From the NCBI GenBank assembly GCA_000165425.1, contig CT868052.1:434001-498000 (forward strand): a stretch of DNA of 64,000 nucleotides. The letters are read 5' to 3'. Below the pieces are notes generated by a model. It made no database searches. It was not told where the DNA came from and saw only the letters and a program-made list of their open reading frames with translations. Shown here one piece after another: positions 26,578 through 41,896 of the stretch. The position numbers were made by a program, and so were the translations under genes. This stretch comes from Paramecium tetraurelia (Eukaryota). The first letter of the stretch is position 1; the number at the start of each line of letters is the position of its first letter.

Positions 26578-28991
26578 ATGGATTAGCTTGATATTGATTC
26601 ATCGAAGTTTGATTGCCAAAAATATGTGAGTGAATTCTTAAAGAATCATAGTGTTTAAGATCTAATACAAAGACATAATTAATTGTAATCAGAAATCAAA
26701 GAATATGATTAAGATATATAATCACTAGTATTTGAAAATTATAGGTACTTGATCAAATTAGTTGTAGCAAATTCATATCCTCAATTGATACCGTCAAGAA
26801 AATGAAAACTGACATTACCCAAATTGATTAAAAGGTAGAGACTTTGGCACAATCCATGACCAAAATAGCCTAATTGTCAAGAAGAATAGATTCCTAATTG
26901 TCAATTAAAAGAGAAGAAATCATCAAACTGGATACTGTCAATAAGGATTTGAGTCGTCTTAATTCGGTTTGCAATTTTTCCACACATAATCCAAAAAGAA
27001 TTAGATCAATATAAATCTAGTAAAGGAAAGAATTATGATGAATATTTTAATGAGACTGCTTAGTATTATAAGCAATGTTATTCCACTTTGGATCAATACA
27101 AAAATGAACCACTTATTTAACCAATTTATAAAGAAACCAATTAGAAATTAGACAATGCAAGATAAATCCTTTGGAGTTCCCTAATTGAATTCAAATAATA
27201 AAATCCACTTTTATAATTGTATTCCGAATCTAAAGTGTCAATTTCAACTCAAGAAGCCAGATCAGCAGTCAAGAAGTTAATACAAATAATGGATGATGAA
27301 GAAGCTGTACTGAGACATTATTAGAAGATAATCAAAGAAAGATATTTGACTGTAGCAAAGGAGTTGATAGATAAAGCAGCCATTACTAAATCTTCTGAAG
27401 TTGTGAATCTGATGGACTACCTTGAAGAAAAGAGATATGACTATACCGTTGAAGAATTAGAGGAATACAAATAAATGAAAGAAAAAGAAATTGTCAATTC
27501 TGATTCTGCCATTTAAGGTTCCATTTTATGGTTAATCAATCAATTATGTTAAATTATATTTAAAGAGTTGAAAGTGGAAGTCTCCTTTTTATTGATTGAA
27601 ATTAGAGGAACCCTTAGGGATAAATCATTAGAATAACTCTCAACTCAATGCATCAAAGAGATCATTCATGGAGTATTCTAAGGTGTTACTGATAAGATGA
27701 GTTAGAAGAAGATTAATAATGTTTAAGTTAACGAAGTCTTTGTTAAGTTACAAACTGAACTCCAATCATTATTCGAAAACAATTCAATTAGACAATAATT
27801 AAGGACTGAAATCATCGATAAATTTACAGAAAATGTTGAGAATATTTGTAGAGGATAAGTTTTTACATCATTTAGTCATTTAAGGGTGCAATTTTTAGAA
27901 TTGCTTGTGTTTGCTAAAAATGATTTATAACGCCTGTAACCTACTGATGAAATAAAACGAGAGATCATGACTCTCATTACTGTCATCAAATAAAAATTGA
28001 TCGCATTCACAACTATACGTTTATTAGATCTTAAAGCCTTTGTATTTTCTTAATAATAAAGTTATCTGAGAGAATAAGAGACTTATTTGAATCTAATTTA
28101 AGCCTCTCTAATAGAGTTTGTTAAATTTGTGGGTAAGATATTTGCCTTTAGATCCATTTCCATCTCCCAAGAGCAATTAAACTAATTGTTTAATGATAAT
28201 TATATTATTTAGCAAGTCTTGCCATTATTAAACACTAATGATTCAACATATTACTATTTGTTTTCAAACTAATTTTTATAGTTGTACTCAAAAACATTGA
28301 GTAACAAATTATTTGAACTTGTTAGTTAGGTCTTCTAAGGGTATAAAAGTAAATTATATAATTTATTTATCAAGTCCGACAACCAACTGATTAAGAATTG
28401 AATAAACTCAAAACCTATATCAATGGATCTACTTAAAAGAACTTGATGTTGTTTGCACAAGCCTAGAGCGAACATTGGATCAATATCATCTTTTAATATC
28501 TCAATCAAGAAAATGTTGTGTACTAACAACAAACTACATAAAAGATTTTATTTAATGAGGTCAAGAATTTTATAGAAGCTCTAGGTCTTCTATTTCCTGA
28601 TACAAAAAGAGGACTTGTCAAGAAAGTATCCATCATATAATAAAGCACTTTCAATATTTAAATGGAAATAGTCATGGTGAGAAAGTGCAAGATATTAGAA
28701 ACCAATATTAATGACAGAAATAGTTTACTTATAACAGTCGTAAAGTATGTTTTGAAAGTATTATTACAAAAAGTAAGAGGAACCTATTTCTCAGAAGACT
28801 TATTTAAATAATTTTAGGTAGATTTATATTTTGTTATGCAATTATTTTATGATATGGTTTCTGTTGATGAAGAAGGATTAATAGCAGGATTTTATATGGA
28901 AATTTTAGATTGTGCTGGCAAAAACTGTAAAAATGATGTTAAAATCGATCCAAAAATATTAGAAAATTTGTCATTATAGGCTAGGATGTGA
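26578..28991 (+). CDS. VPS51: Vps51 (GARP/EARP tethering subunit)-like protein
   Basis: LDIDSSKFDCQKY...EIKEYDQDIQSLVFENYSKFISSIDTVKKMK matches the Vps51/Vps67 N-terminal domain. One-base frame break at ~26975. Confidence 0.8.
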
Positions 28992-29052
28992 TATTTATTG
29001 AATTATTTTATTTAATATGAGTAATCAATTGAAGAATATTAAATAAAATTAA

Positions 29053-30203
29053 TCAAAAGAAAAATGACTCTTCCTTTTAGATTAGATAAACACTCGTAAT
29101 TGATTTGTAAACTCTTTCAACTTCAGTATAATTTGCCTTCTTAGCTGTTAGACAGATTGACCTTATTTTATCTTTAAGTAAGAATAATGGTTCTTCATTC
29201 TGTATTAATATTTATTAGTTGATTCCTGGGGCTTAGAGAAACAAAATTTAGCATGCTTGTAGAAATGGTAACGATTCGTTAAGAATGGAATTTACCTTCT
29301 CTTAATGTTTCTTTTCTTAGGCCCTTCTTATTTGAGATCCAATAGATTTGATATTAGATCCAGAATGCGAATCCTTGGTTAGTTATCGACCTCCTGCCTT
29401 TCCTCTTACAACATATCGATGATCACTTTTATGATAAATGCAACCTGTATTATCAAAAACTCCTAAACAAAAATAACCACCATGGCATAAGATAATAGCA
29501 AATTTTTAAACTTAATCTAATTGGTTTAAATTTGGTTCTTATTATTATTTTTATTTGATGACCTTTTACTTATTCTAATTAACTCTCTCCAGTATTTCCT
29601 TTTGTCTACTTAATATACTTTGCATATCATCTAATTGATAATTAGCAAATTCTGATGATTAGGCTATCTTTTCTAATATTTCTTTGGAACAATCTTCATT
29701 TATTTCTGAGAATTCGTAATTCAATCCTTAGTCAATCAATGATCTATTTATTACGATGTAGTTCTCATTATATTTAAAGGCTTTATTATCTTGTGTGCTT
29801 AACTTACACTCTTCTGGAAGAATGGCGTTGATATTAATGGATTGCCAGTTGAGACTAAGAAATTCTCTTGGAAGATCTTTGAGTTAAATCTTGATAACTT
29901 AAACACCTAGTTCTTTAATTTTTATATCCATATTTTTGGGTACTTTATATAAGTCCTTGGGAAGCACAGGAATTGTTTTTTTTCTAAAATTATAAATTTC
30001 CTTTAGACTCTAAACAGAATATAGAAATAATAAATTACATTTATAAAGTGAACTAATCTTTATTCTAAATACTTTTTCAAAACGAAATTTAATTGATGTT
30101 TGAAATACTTATTACAACTACTCAAATTAGCTAAGTCTTTTGAATTTAGATTTGAGATTATGGTTTTACTTATTTCTGGTTAGTTGAAAAGGTTTATGAT
30201 CAT
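29053..30203 (-). CDS. F-box-like N-terminus fused to a VLRF1 (Vms1/ANKZF1-type) peptidyl-tRNA release domain
   Basis: N-term LFNQPEISKTIISNLNSKDLANLSSCNKYF; C-term FAIILCHGGYFCLGVF...HKSDHRYVVRGKAGGRQLTKD...SIGSQIRRAQE...LFLQAPG...IRSI...KANYTEVERVY. One intron; continuous frame. Confidence 0.85.
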
Positions 30204-30421
30204 TATTAAATATTAAATTTTTAATTAAAATATCTAAGAAATATATTAATTTAGTTGATTAAGATGTGTTCAGATGCGATATAATATTATTGTTAATCTA
30301 TAGATAGAGGATTTAATTAGAGATATCAAAAAAGAAATATATTAATATTAAAAGCAAGATCTTTAAATAATCATAATAAATTATACTTAATTTTTAGATT
30401 TACTTGAATGTAAAGAAATAG

Positions 30422-31096
30422 TCATTATAATTGATAAAATAACACAGCGCCAACAAAACCAAATAATGCATATCTATAATGTTTATTTATTGATTAAAAC
30501 CACTTTTTCTATCTAAATAATATTCCAAAATAAACAAATATAGCACCATATGTAAGATTTCTTATTGTCTTCTTCTCTTAGTATTACTTGCGTATTTATT
30601 CAACATATTCAGCATCTCTCTTTTCTTGCAAAAATGAATGATTAATATCACAAGCTAACAATTAATTAATTTTTTTTTTAAGCAACTTCTAAGTATTGCC
30701 AAATCTAGGAATTCTAAATTTGAATTATTCATATTTCATTAATTATCTAAGTTTGTATGCAACTATTGTATATAATTTATCATTTATGGCTTCTAAACAT
30801 TAGTAATATTCGCTGGCATCTTTATTCAAATTTTCCTTACAATTGATTAGTTCGATTAACACCAATTACAAAAATTTTTCTAACTCCTCTTTTAACTCTA
30901 TAGATTTGACTTTTAAGGGATGGCCAATCTCTAAAGCTAAATGCAATAAGAGTTCCTTTTATTCTAAATCTTTATTATGGATTTCTGTCAGCACAATTTT
31001 CTCCACTTCCTTTACTCTTTCAAGGCTTGTATATTTCCTATTAGACCGAAATTTTTCAGTAACATCCTTGATTTCTAACTTTAGCTTCTTTAGCAT
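30422..31096 (-). CDS. Hypothetical protein with C-terminal hydrophobic segments
   Basis: MLKKLKLEIKDVTEKFRS... open under code 6; 3' end uncertain. Confidence 0.5.
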
Positions 31097-31277
31097 TGAA
31101 AATTAAATAAAATATAAAATAATTTATTTATGTTCAAATTTCTTCTTATTAAATCAAGTATTTTTAATTACACATAGTATCCAATTATTAATTCCTATTC
31201 TGTAATCATTAGATATTAACTACATAATTATATTCTTAGAAATCATTGATATAACAATATACATTAAATTAAAATAA

Positions 31278-31967
31278 TCACAAATTCTATAATTCACTTT
31301 TTGTATCCCCTTAAGTTGAAGTATTATAATTTCCTTTTACATTTAGGTAAGATAATTATTATGTTTTAATTTGTTCTAACTAATTTAATTATTTAGATAA
31401 TTCAAGAAGATTATCTTTACCCCTTATTTGATTTTCTTTTAATTCAATCAGTTTGTTAAGTCTCATTGATTAATAAGATTCAAAGAATTATTCACATAAG
31501 CTTCGTTGCAATAATTCAATTTTATTCATGAATTACTCCAAGTTTTCTTCATCATAAGTAAATTCTTATTCTTCTATTGCCACAAATTAACAAATATGAA
31601 ATTTCATCATTTATTCTTAGATAACACACCTAAACTGAATTTTATTGTTAATGCTATTAATTTTTTTTTAGATCTCAAATTATTACTTAATGGATTCTAT
31701 TTCTTTTTCTATTTGTTTGACATCATTCAAGGTACATTAATAATTAAATTACCCATCAGCTTGGACAATTTAAAAAGATTTTGTAAGGAGACAATTAAAA
31801 TCATTTTCATCTGATAAAGTGATAATATCATCATCCTCATCTCTATAAGTTAATGACTATAACACAAATGATGGCTCAGCTTAATGAAGTCTAGATTTCA
31901 ATTCTTCTAAAGATTAAACTCCAACGAAGTTGAATTTAAGACCCTAGCACTCTATTTGAAGATTCAT
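31278..31967 (-). CDS. PB1-domain protein
   Basis: OPCA motif LTYRDEDDDIITLSDENDF near the N-terminus, followed by a coiled-coil region. Confidence 0.8.
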
Positions 31968-32252
31968 AATTAATTTGTTTAAATTTCCTAAATTCTTTTA
32001 ATTCCAAAATACTAAATTATATCTAATCCATGGCATAATTCTATATTTTCTAGACATTTGTATAAATTAATTCAATACATGAAGCAACTGCTCAGTTATA
32101 ATACTTGAATGATAAGGAAAATGAGAATACATTATGATACTAAAATACAATAAGATATTCAAAAAAGATAAATTTGGAAACACTAAATAAATTTTAATCT
32201 AAATGCATTAAATTATTTTTAACCAAAAACTTTATTATAATATATATAACTA

Positions 32253-32777
32253 TCAGTTGTTGTATTTAGAATGCTTTAAGTATTAACTTTCTGTTACTTA
32301 TAAATTTTTCCGTAGCAAATCTCCTACAACTATAGAATTCTTTTTCGGATTATTGAAGACTTCACACTATGAGTTTGCACTCTTGTTCCGCTTCCGTAAT
32401 TCAATATAATCATCAACAACATATTTTAACCATTTCCATGCATATTTAAGTGTTATTTATTTATCAGATGGGTGACAAACTCTCACCATATCCAGTACGC
32501 AGTTGAGAAACTTCATTTCATCAGGGCCTTACCTGAGTTGGCTACTGAGGATTTCATTCTCCTACTAAGCCTCACTATATTTATAGTGCAAGTGCTCTAG
32601 TTCTTCACTCAGATAGAGATTTAAAATATACCTTAATTATTGCTAATATTGCATTAGTTAATTAACTTTTTCGTTTGCAATTTGTAACTATGACTCTAAG
32701 GAAGTGGATTCAGTTTCATTTTTAAAAAACATCTCCTCCTTCATTGACAATGGTGAGAACTCTTATGAGTAGCTCAT
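32253..32777 (-). CDS. Small hypothetical coiled-coil protein
   Basis: MSYSQEFSPLSMKEE...LKYAWKWLKYVVDDY; one tiny intron; TGA at 32253-32255. Confidence 0.7.
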
Positions 32778-32942
32778 TTAATTTTAACTGTTATATAATT
32801 AAATTAATTCAAAATAGAACTTAATATTAAATATATTATGTCTAATTAATAATGAAGAACTTAAATGGAAAATTAAGTATACTATTTCTATTATTATTAT
32901 TTAGTTTTTTCTAATAAATAGAAGCAAATTAATTCTTCTACT

Positions 32943-34251
32943 TCATAATGATAAATCACTCTTTATTAATTTGAACAGACTTGAAGTTTCCCCTATATTT
33001 GAAAATTCTATTGAAAATGCTTAAAGCTATATGATAAGCACAATTAAATTACTTCTGTGACTAAGTCTGAGGTCTTATAGAGTTTCTTGTTAATCAAATG
33101 CTTCAGAAATATGGTAAAATACTTAATCATTCTCACTTGTTAGCCTTTTTCCTATATATTAATAAATAGATAATACTTTGATGTTCTAGCAAAATTGAAT
33201 ACAGTAGTTAATATAATAATTTAAATACTCCTAGGGGATATGAAATTATTAAACGATCATGCACATCATTTCTAAACCATTAGGAGTTACATCAATTTAA
33301 ACTAAGTTATCCATTAGTCTATAATAATTTTAAATGAATACTCTAGAAATTCTGGATTAGGAAAGTATTTAGAAAACAAAAAAAATGCCAAATTTAAGTT
33401 TTTCTCAATTATTTCCCCTAGATTGAAATTAATCAAACCGTTATTCTTCAAAAAATTGTAATTGTCTTTCTTTAGATATTCTTAAAATAACTAGAATTTA
33501 AAATTTTGTTACTTGCAATTCATATTCTGAGATCTATTCATTATGTGCCTTCTAGATTATTTCTTTAATTTGACTCAATTTATCAGAGTTTATTTGCAAT
33601 GAATAATCCCAAATCGCATAAGACATATCATTTAAATCAATCCAATCAAATCTATTTGAGACCACATTTGGAATAGGTCGAAGATACTCAATTTCAAATC
33701 CATTTTGTTATTGTATGATATCATTATTAGAGTTTTGTCTTAATTTTCTAAATATTAGAGAAATATTTACTAGGGTGGATTATTATTATTTAAAGAAATA
33801 CAATTTCTCATTTTATTCTGAGCAATTTAACTTTATGAATAGTCTTTGGAGATTGGCCTATCATTAGATGTAAATTTATCTTATTCTTCAAGCAAGGTCT
33901 TCATTGTAATGCCAGCATACTATCTTAAATGTCTTAATAAAATCGTATACAATTTGAGGGTCTTAAATAAACTTTCTCTCAAAATCGTTTAATGTAAAGT
34001 TGTAAATGTCTTATAGACATGATTTCAATTCCGAATTGTACAGCAAATAGATAGTGAGCAGTCTTAATCCTTTTGTGAATATCTATTTTTATTTAGATTC
34101 TTACATTATCACATAATCCTTAATAAAAATAAGGATATGGATTAGGTTCTGATTCAAACTTCTTAATGAACGTCCTCTATATATTGTCTAATGTCCCAGT
34201 TGCTTCCAACAAATACCTATTGATTGATTCTACTTCTGATTAGGAAATCAT
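32943..34251 (-). CDS. CNOT11: CCR4-NOT subunit CNOT11-like
   Basis: FEIEYLRPIP...W...WD and C-terminal IPQEYLNYYINYCIQFCQNIKEKGQQVRMIKYFTIFL...ELQAFSIEFSNIGETSSLFKLIK match the CNOT11 conserved domain. Confidence 0.82.
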
Positions 34252-34352
34252 TATATTATAATTATAATATTTGATCAAATTCGTAAATCTATAAGAATTA
34301 AGTTTCTATATTTAATATCAAAAATACAATCTGAATATTGATGTAATTATAA

Positions 34353-35543
34353 TCATTTATCAAACTATGCATACTTTTTAGCCAAATCATCCATCTACTT
34401 TTCTAGTCCATGATATCTATTTAGAAGTTCATTTCTTCTGATAGTAAATGTTTCCTCTTTTTCCATTAGTAAACTAATATATTCGAGAATCAATCTTACT
34501 TAATTTCACTCTATAATCCATCAAGCATTTTCTCTTAAGATTCAATTGTATCTTAATTTTATTAGATTTTCTAATCTAACTCATTCATAAGTCCTTCATC
34601 CGATTATTATGCTAGTTAATCAATTCCACTAATAGAACAAATTCTCTAAAATTCATCCAAAAGCAACTTTCGCTCCATTTACAATGATTCCTAAGCTTTG
34701 ACTTCTTATTTGATTAATTTATCATAACTTTTGGTCTTATTAAATTCATCTTCAAACTCTTTTAATTAGATTCTTGACTATTGTAATTCATTATTTTTCT
34801 AAGATAGTTCCATGTCTAACTTATTTTTTAGTTGTTCTAGTTCCTCTAATTTCTATTATTTTTACAATAACTTAGGATCAAGTCTTTATTATTCCTTACA
34901 CAATTTTTCAAATTCTTATTCGTAATGCAAACTCGCAGCCTGTAACTAATTCTACTTTTGTTGACTAGCCTTAATCTCCTACTATAAATTCAAATATATA
35001 TTTCTTATTTGATTGCTTTAATTAACTAACTTTTAGTAGGATTATGATAATTCTTAGACTGTGGCTGCTGCTCTTTATAATTCTTCTCTACTTTCATCTT
35101 TACAAAATTTGAATAAATTGTATACTTGCTTCTTCCTTGATTTCTGCAATTTTATTACCCAACAATTCCACTTCCTCTTAAGTAGCCTGCTGGTAGTGTT
35201 ATCTGTCTCTCAATTATTATTCAATTTATTCGATTTAAGCTTCACATGTCTTAATTTCATATTTCCTTTATTTTATTTTATTTGCATTCTTTTTTCTTGG
35301 TTTCCCACTTGAATGTACTTTTCTAATTAATTCAGCTAATTATTATTTTAACTAAATCTATTCTTGGAGAACCTCTTCTAAATTAATCTAATAATTTTTA
35401 TTTCAATCTCATACTTATTCACTTTCTTACTATTATATTAATTGAGTGAATTGTTTATCCAAGATTTTTCTATAGTTTCTAGGATCTAATTTTGTTTCAA
35501 AAGGAATCCCGTTCTCCTCAAACAATTATTATATTTTGAACAT
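34353..35543 (-). CDS. Hypothetical coiled-coil protein
   Basis: Long E/Q/K/L heptad frame starting MFKIQQLFEENG, ending KKYAQFDK*. Confidence 0.65.
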
Positions 35544-35917
35544 ATAATTTAAATTATATAAAGACGTATAGATATTTTAACAGAACAAAATTGAAGAACT
35601 TTTCTCAATAGGAAAATAAGATAAGATTTCGAGTGCAATTATTCTCTCATCATCAGTTAGATAACTTATTATATTTTAAGGCATTCTAATACTTACTTTA
35701 TAAATGAGATAGTGATAATTATAGATCATTGAATGAATATGCAAGGATTCTAATAATGTTCTATTTAATGGTTTAATAGCAAAATAGTCTATTTATTTAT
35801 TTCTGATTTATTAATCATACACAAAATATAAATCACTTCTACCCTACATAGAAATCACAATTATAGAATTAATTCAATTATATTTATATCGCATAATTAA
35901 TCACGATTATAAAATTA

Positions 35918-37348
35918 ATGAAAATTAATGATCATAATGACAAGTCATTTCATTCTGCGTCCATCCATAAAGCTTCTTCTTTATTAAGCCTGATTGAAGA
36001 TGTAAATAATCAATAAGTTCATAATCAAAATATTTTACAATATACATCAAAAAACAAAGGGTTTAATCCTTAACCAATAATATCTTCTGCAGTTGCTAGA
36101 GAGGTGGAAGAATTAGAGTAGACCTACAAAAATTAGTAAATTAAAGACATTTAACAAATAGGGACTAAACCTTTTTATGTAGAATATATGGAATACTATT
36201 CTTGCAGCTAATCCTATCCTCATTAAGAGGTCCCTTGTATTTGACATTACACAAAAGCTCTATCATTAGAGCAACTTGGAGATAAGGATTTACTGCTTTA
36301 ATTTACCTTCCAATCAGTATCTATGAGTTAAAAAACAAAAAAAATTATAGCATTTCATTTAAGGATTAAGAATTTAATTTACTAATGGCCTCTGTAGCCC
36401 AAGCAGTACTAATATATAATATGAATTGTAGATTTTTGCAGTGTCCTTATCAATATCTGTCACACATACTCATGTCTCATATGCTCTTATGTTTTATAAT
36501 AGTTCCCTATTATTTTATTGTGGATTCAAAATCATCGCAAAGTAGCATTGCCACATTCTGGAATATTTTGGATTTGGAGTTGCCTTAGTGCTATTGGTAG
36601 TAATTTTCACAAACCATAGCTACACATTTTATTCTAAACAAGATGTTTCAATTTTAGATAAAATCATATATGGAGATTTAACTGCGCTTTTTGGAGGTGG
36701 AGTTTCTACTTTATATTAGTATTTATTATAATAGAGTTAGTGCAAAATATTATTCTAAATTGATAACTAGTTGTCCAACTTTTACATTATTCGCTATTAT
36801 TAGGGCTTTGAGTACTGTTATGTTGATAGTGATGACATTAACATTTGATAATCAGCACAACTTCTTTGAATTCTTGGAACCCGTTCTTTTTACTCAAATC
36901 TTCCTGAATGCCTTGTTCACTGGTGTTTTGATGAATCAATTATAATCATATGTGCAATTATTTGTCGATCCATTAACATTTAACTCTGCTAACTTTTTTT
37001 AACCACTTATAGGGAGCATTTTCTCATACTTTCTGGGGCAAGTATAGAAAATCATATTTTTATTAGGAATCTTTACCAGGATCATTATCTGTAATATGTA
37101 TGATTTTGTACAGTATCGGTTTATTGTTTATATAAATTGGACGATCTAAATCAGAAACCGAGGATCTAAACCTGGATATTGAAATGAGATAACTGGACAC
37201 AGTATATTTTGAAAATAATCCTTTACTCTCAATATTTTAATCTACTTACAGGGAAAGAGACGACTAAATGAAAATATCACTATATAAAAGAAAGACCATT
37301 TAAAGACTGCAAACGAAATAATTTGTTGATTATAGTATGGATTAATGA
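35918..37348 (+). CDS. EamA/DMT-superfamily membrane transporter
   Basis: About 10 TM segments; IIRATWRQ, YGDLTALFGG, YVQLFVDPLTFNSANFFQPLIGSIFSYFLG; several tiny introns. Confidence 0.75.
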
Positions 37349-38343
37349 GAGTTGGTTTAGTTAACTATTATAATTAAAATTAAACTTATATAATTATTAA
37401 TTCTAACCCTTTTAAAATAATTTGAATTATCTTACACCTAAATCTTAATTACCTTAATTAGGTTTACAGAACTCTTTATTAAAGTTAAATAAATCATATA
37501 GAGTTGAGGATGGATTACTATAAATTATCTCTTAGATTTTAGATAGTAATATTCACATTTGACACTTTATACCTTTAATTATGTTAGAATTTTAATCAAT
37601 CTTAGATTATATTAATAAAATCAATTAAATTCTTATGTTCCTTTAGTTCTTCATCATTTTCATATATACACATCATTTTATGTCTATTTTATTTTAGCTA
37701 GATTTAATTCGAATAATTTAAAAGAAAAACTTTGTTTGTTGATTTGAAGTGATTATGAATTTATTATTGTTTGAGATTTTGAACATAAAAATTTATTTTG
37801 TAAATAATTATTAATTAAAAAATTTTAAATTAAGGAAATGTTTATGATATAGAATTATTATTTTTAAACTGTAGATTCCTAAGATCGTTAAATAAGCAAA
37901 ATATTATTCAACTAATGAGGTTCCATTTTAGTTTTCAAAAAACTATTGGATATGACTGATGAAAATAAAGAGTTTAAGATTTTAATTTATAAATAAAATA
38001 TAATTCTACAAATTTTTAGATTTCATGATTCTATAGTGTTTAACCCAAAAAATTGATTTTATATCAAGCAATTGATTTAAAAAAGTGGAGTGTAAATGAT
38101 AAAAATAGATTATTAAAACAGATTAATAGAGTTTCTACTTGTTCTATATAATTAATCTAAGAACAAAAATAGTGAATCTAAATTTGGTATTTAAAAAATA
38201 GTCTTGCTCTATATAATAATGAATATAGTTCATAAAACTTGATAAATTTTTCTGTTAGACTAGTAGGGAAGGTTAAAATCATAATTGGTTTTCAATTAAG
38301 CAAAAATAGTCAACATTAAATAAGTTACTAATAAACATACAAA

Positions 38344-39389
38344 TCAATCATTTTATTATGCACTGTGAATCATATTAACAAAATTGTCTTCAAATGAACT
38401 TGGTTTTCTACTTCTTTAGATCTGTTGTTCCGTAGTAGATTCATCGTATTGAATATTGAAATCGATAACTGTTGCTTTTGATACCGATCTCGTTTTTTCT
38501 GCGTAATAAAATGCGTAAGGTATATAAAAACAGGGAAATTGTTGAACTGCTGTAAAAAATATTTGAATGCCGATTTAAAAAACAGAATAAGTTTATTCTT
38601 TGCTTTATTAAAAGCAAAATAACTCTCTGTTGGTGTTGTACATTAACAATATGAGCACAATGAATGTTATCATTGTAATGGTTTAGGCCCAAATAACTAA
38701 TTTAATCTATTGTAGTTTCATGGTTAATGTGTTTTTAATCATTGAACAGCTGTCAAGGATTTTGGAGTATTGGTCTTGATTTTGGTTTAAGGATTCTTCT
38801 TTCCTTCGTATGTAGTAGATCAGTGATTGCCCATGGATTTGCGTGAATATTGTGATTATCAGTATTTGCACTTCCAATAAATCGAGACTGTAATAAAAAT
38901 AACTATTTTAACAATGGTAATCGTACTTATTGCAAGAAGAGTCGTCGATTTTGAAGAAGAAGAAAAACTGCAATGAAAATACTATCAAGTAGAAGGCTCC
39001 CTTGCTGACCATTAATCTTAAATATCGATTTTTTCTTTTTTCCACTATATAGATAAAATTGAATAATTACAGTCATCTGCATATTTAAACCGATATCTAA
39101 GGTTGGCTAAACTCTGTGAAACAAGAATGAAGGTAACGAGTTGTAATAAGCTTGCTGAAATGATCATCCTATTCGAGTTGTAAATAGTGTATTAAATCAA
39201 ATGGATGATAGCTTGTAAACAGCAGCAAATCATGGGGGCTATCTCATATCGTATTGATCCATTTGCTTTGTAGTAGTGGAATGACCAATTTATTGAGACT
39301 ACTGCGATAATGAGAGACAAAAATGCAAGTACAGAGTATCTAATGCAAGATAAGAAATGATTATCACATTCTTCTAAAATTAAAATCAT
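38344..39389 (-). CDS. Seven-TM membrane protein (GPCR-like topology, family unassigned)
   Basis: Seven hydrophobic segments and a polar C-tail; two introns; needs one extra A in the run at ~39030-39041 to keep frame. Confidence 0.6.
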
Positions 39390-39769
39390 TCTAATAATAA
39401 TATTATATCATTAAATTCATCAGTTTTATTTAAAGCATGCAATACTGAAATCTTTGTAGACTCTTGCTCATAATACGGATTATTAAATGCTCATTTGTTG
39501 TAATTTAAATAACAAATTTAAAATCATATTTGAACAAATAGCTAATTTAATTTACATTTCCTTATTAAGATCCAAAAATTATTAAATAATTCAGTTTCTG
39601 TAGTTACAAATCAAACTTATCCATTTATCATCATATTTATCGATTTCACCATAAATTTCAAATGAATTGATTTAAATTACGGATTTTTAAGTATTCTTTG
39701 AAACAAAGTAATTTACAATAATTACTGCTTCGAAAAATAATAAAAAATAAAAATAAAAAATATCAATAA

Positions 39770-41825
<2,056 letters not shown>

Positions 41826-41896
41826 TTACTATTTTTGTATTATTTATATTAATTATATTATATAAGAATAGTTGATAAATTTAATCATTTACATCT

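Noticed and set aside
39590..39636. Minus-strand ATGATGA...CTGA pair as a snoRNA
   Set aside because: Only ~43 nt, with no recognisable rRNA-antisense guide.
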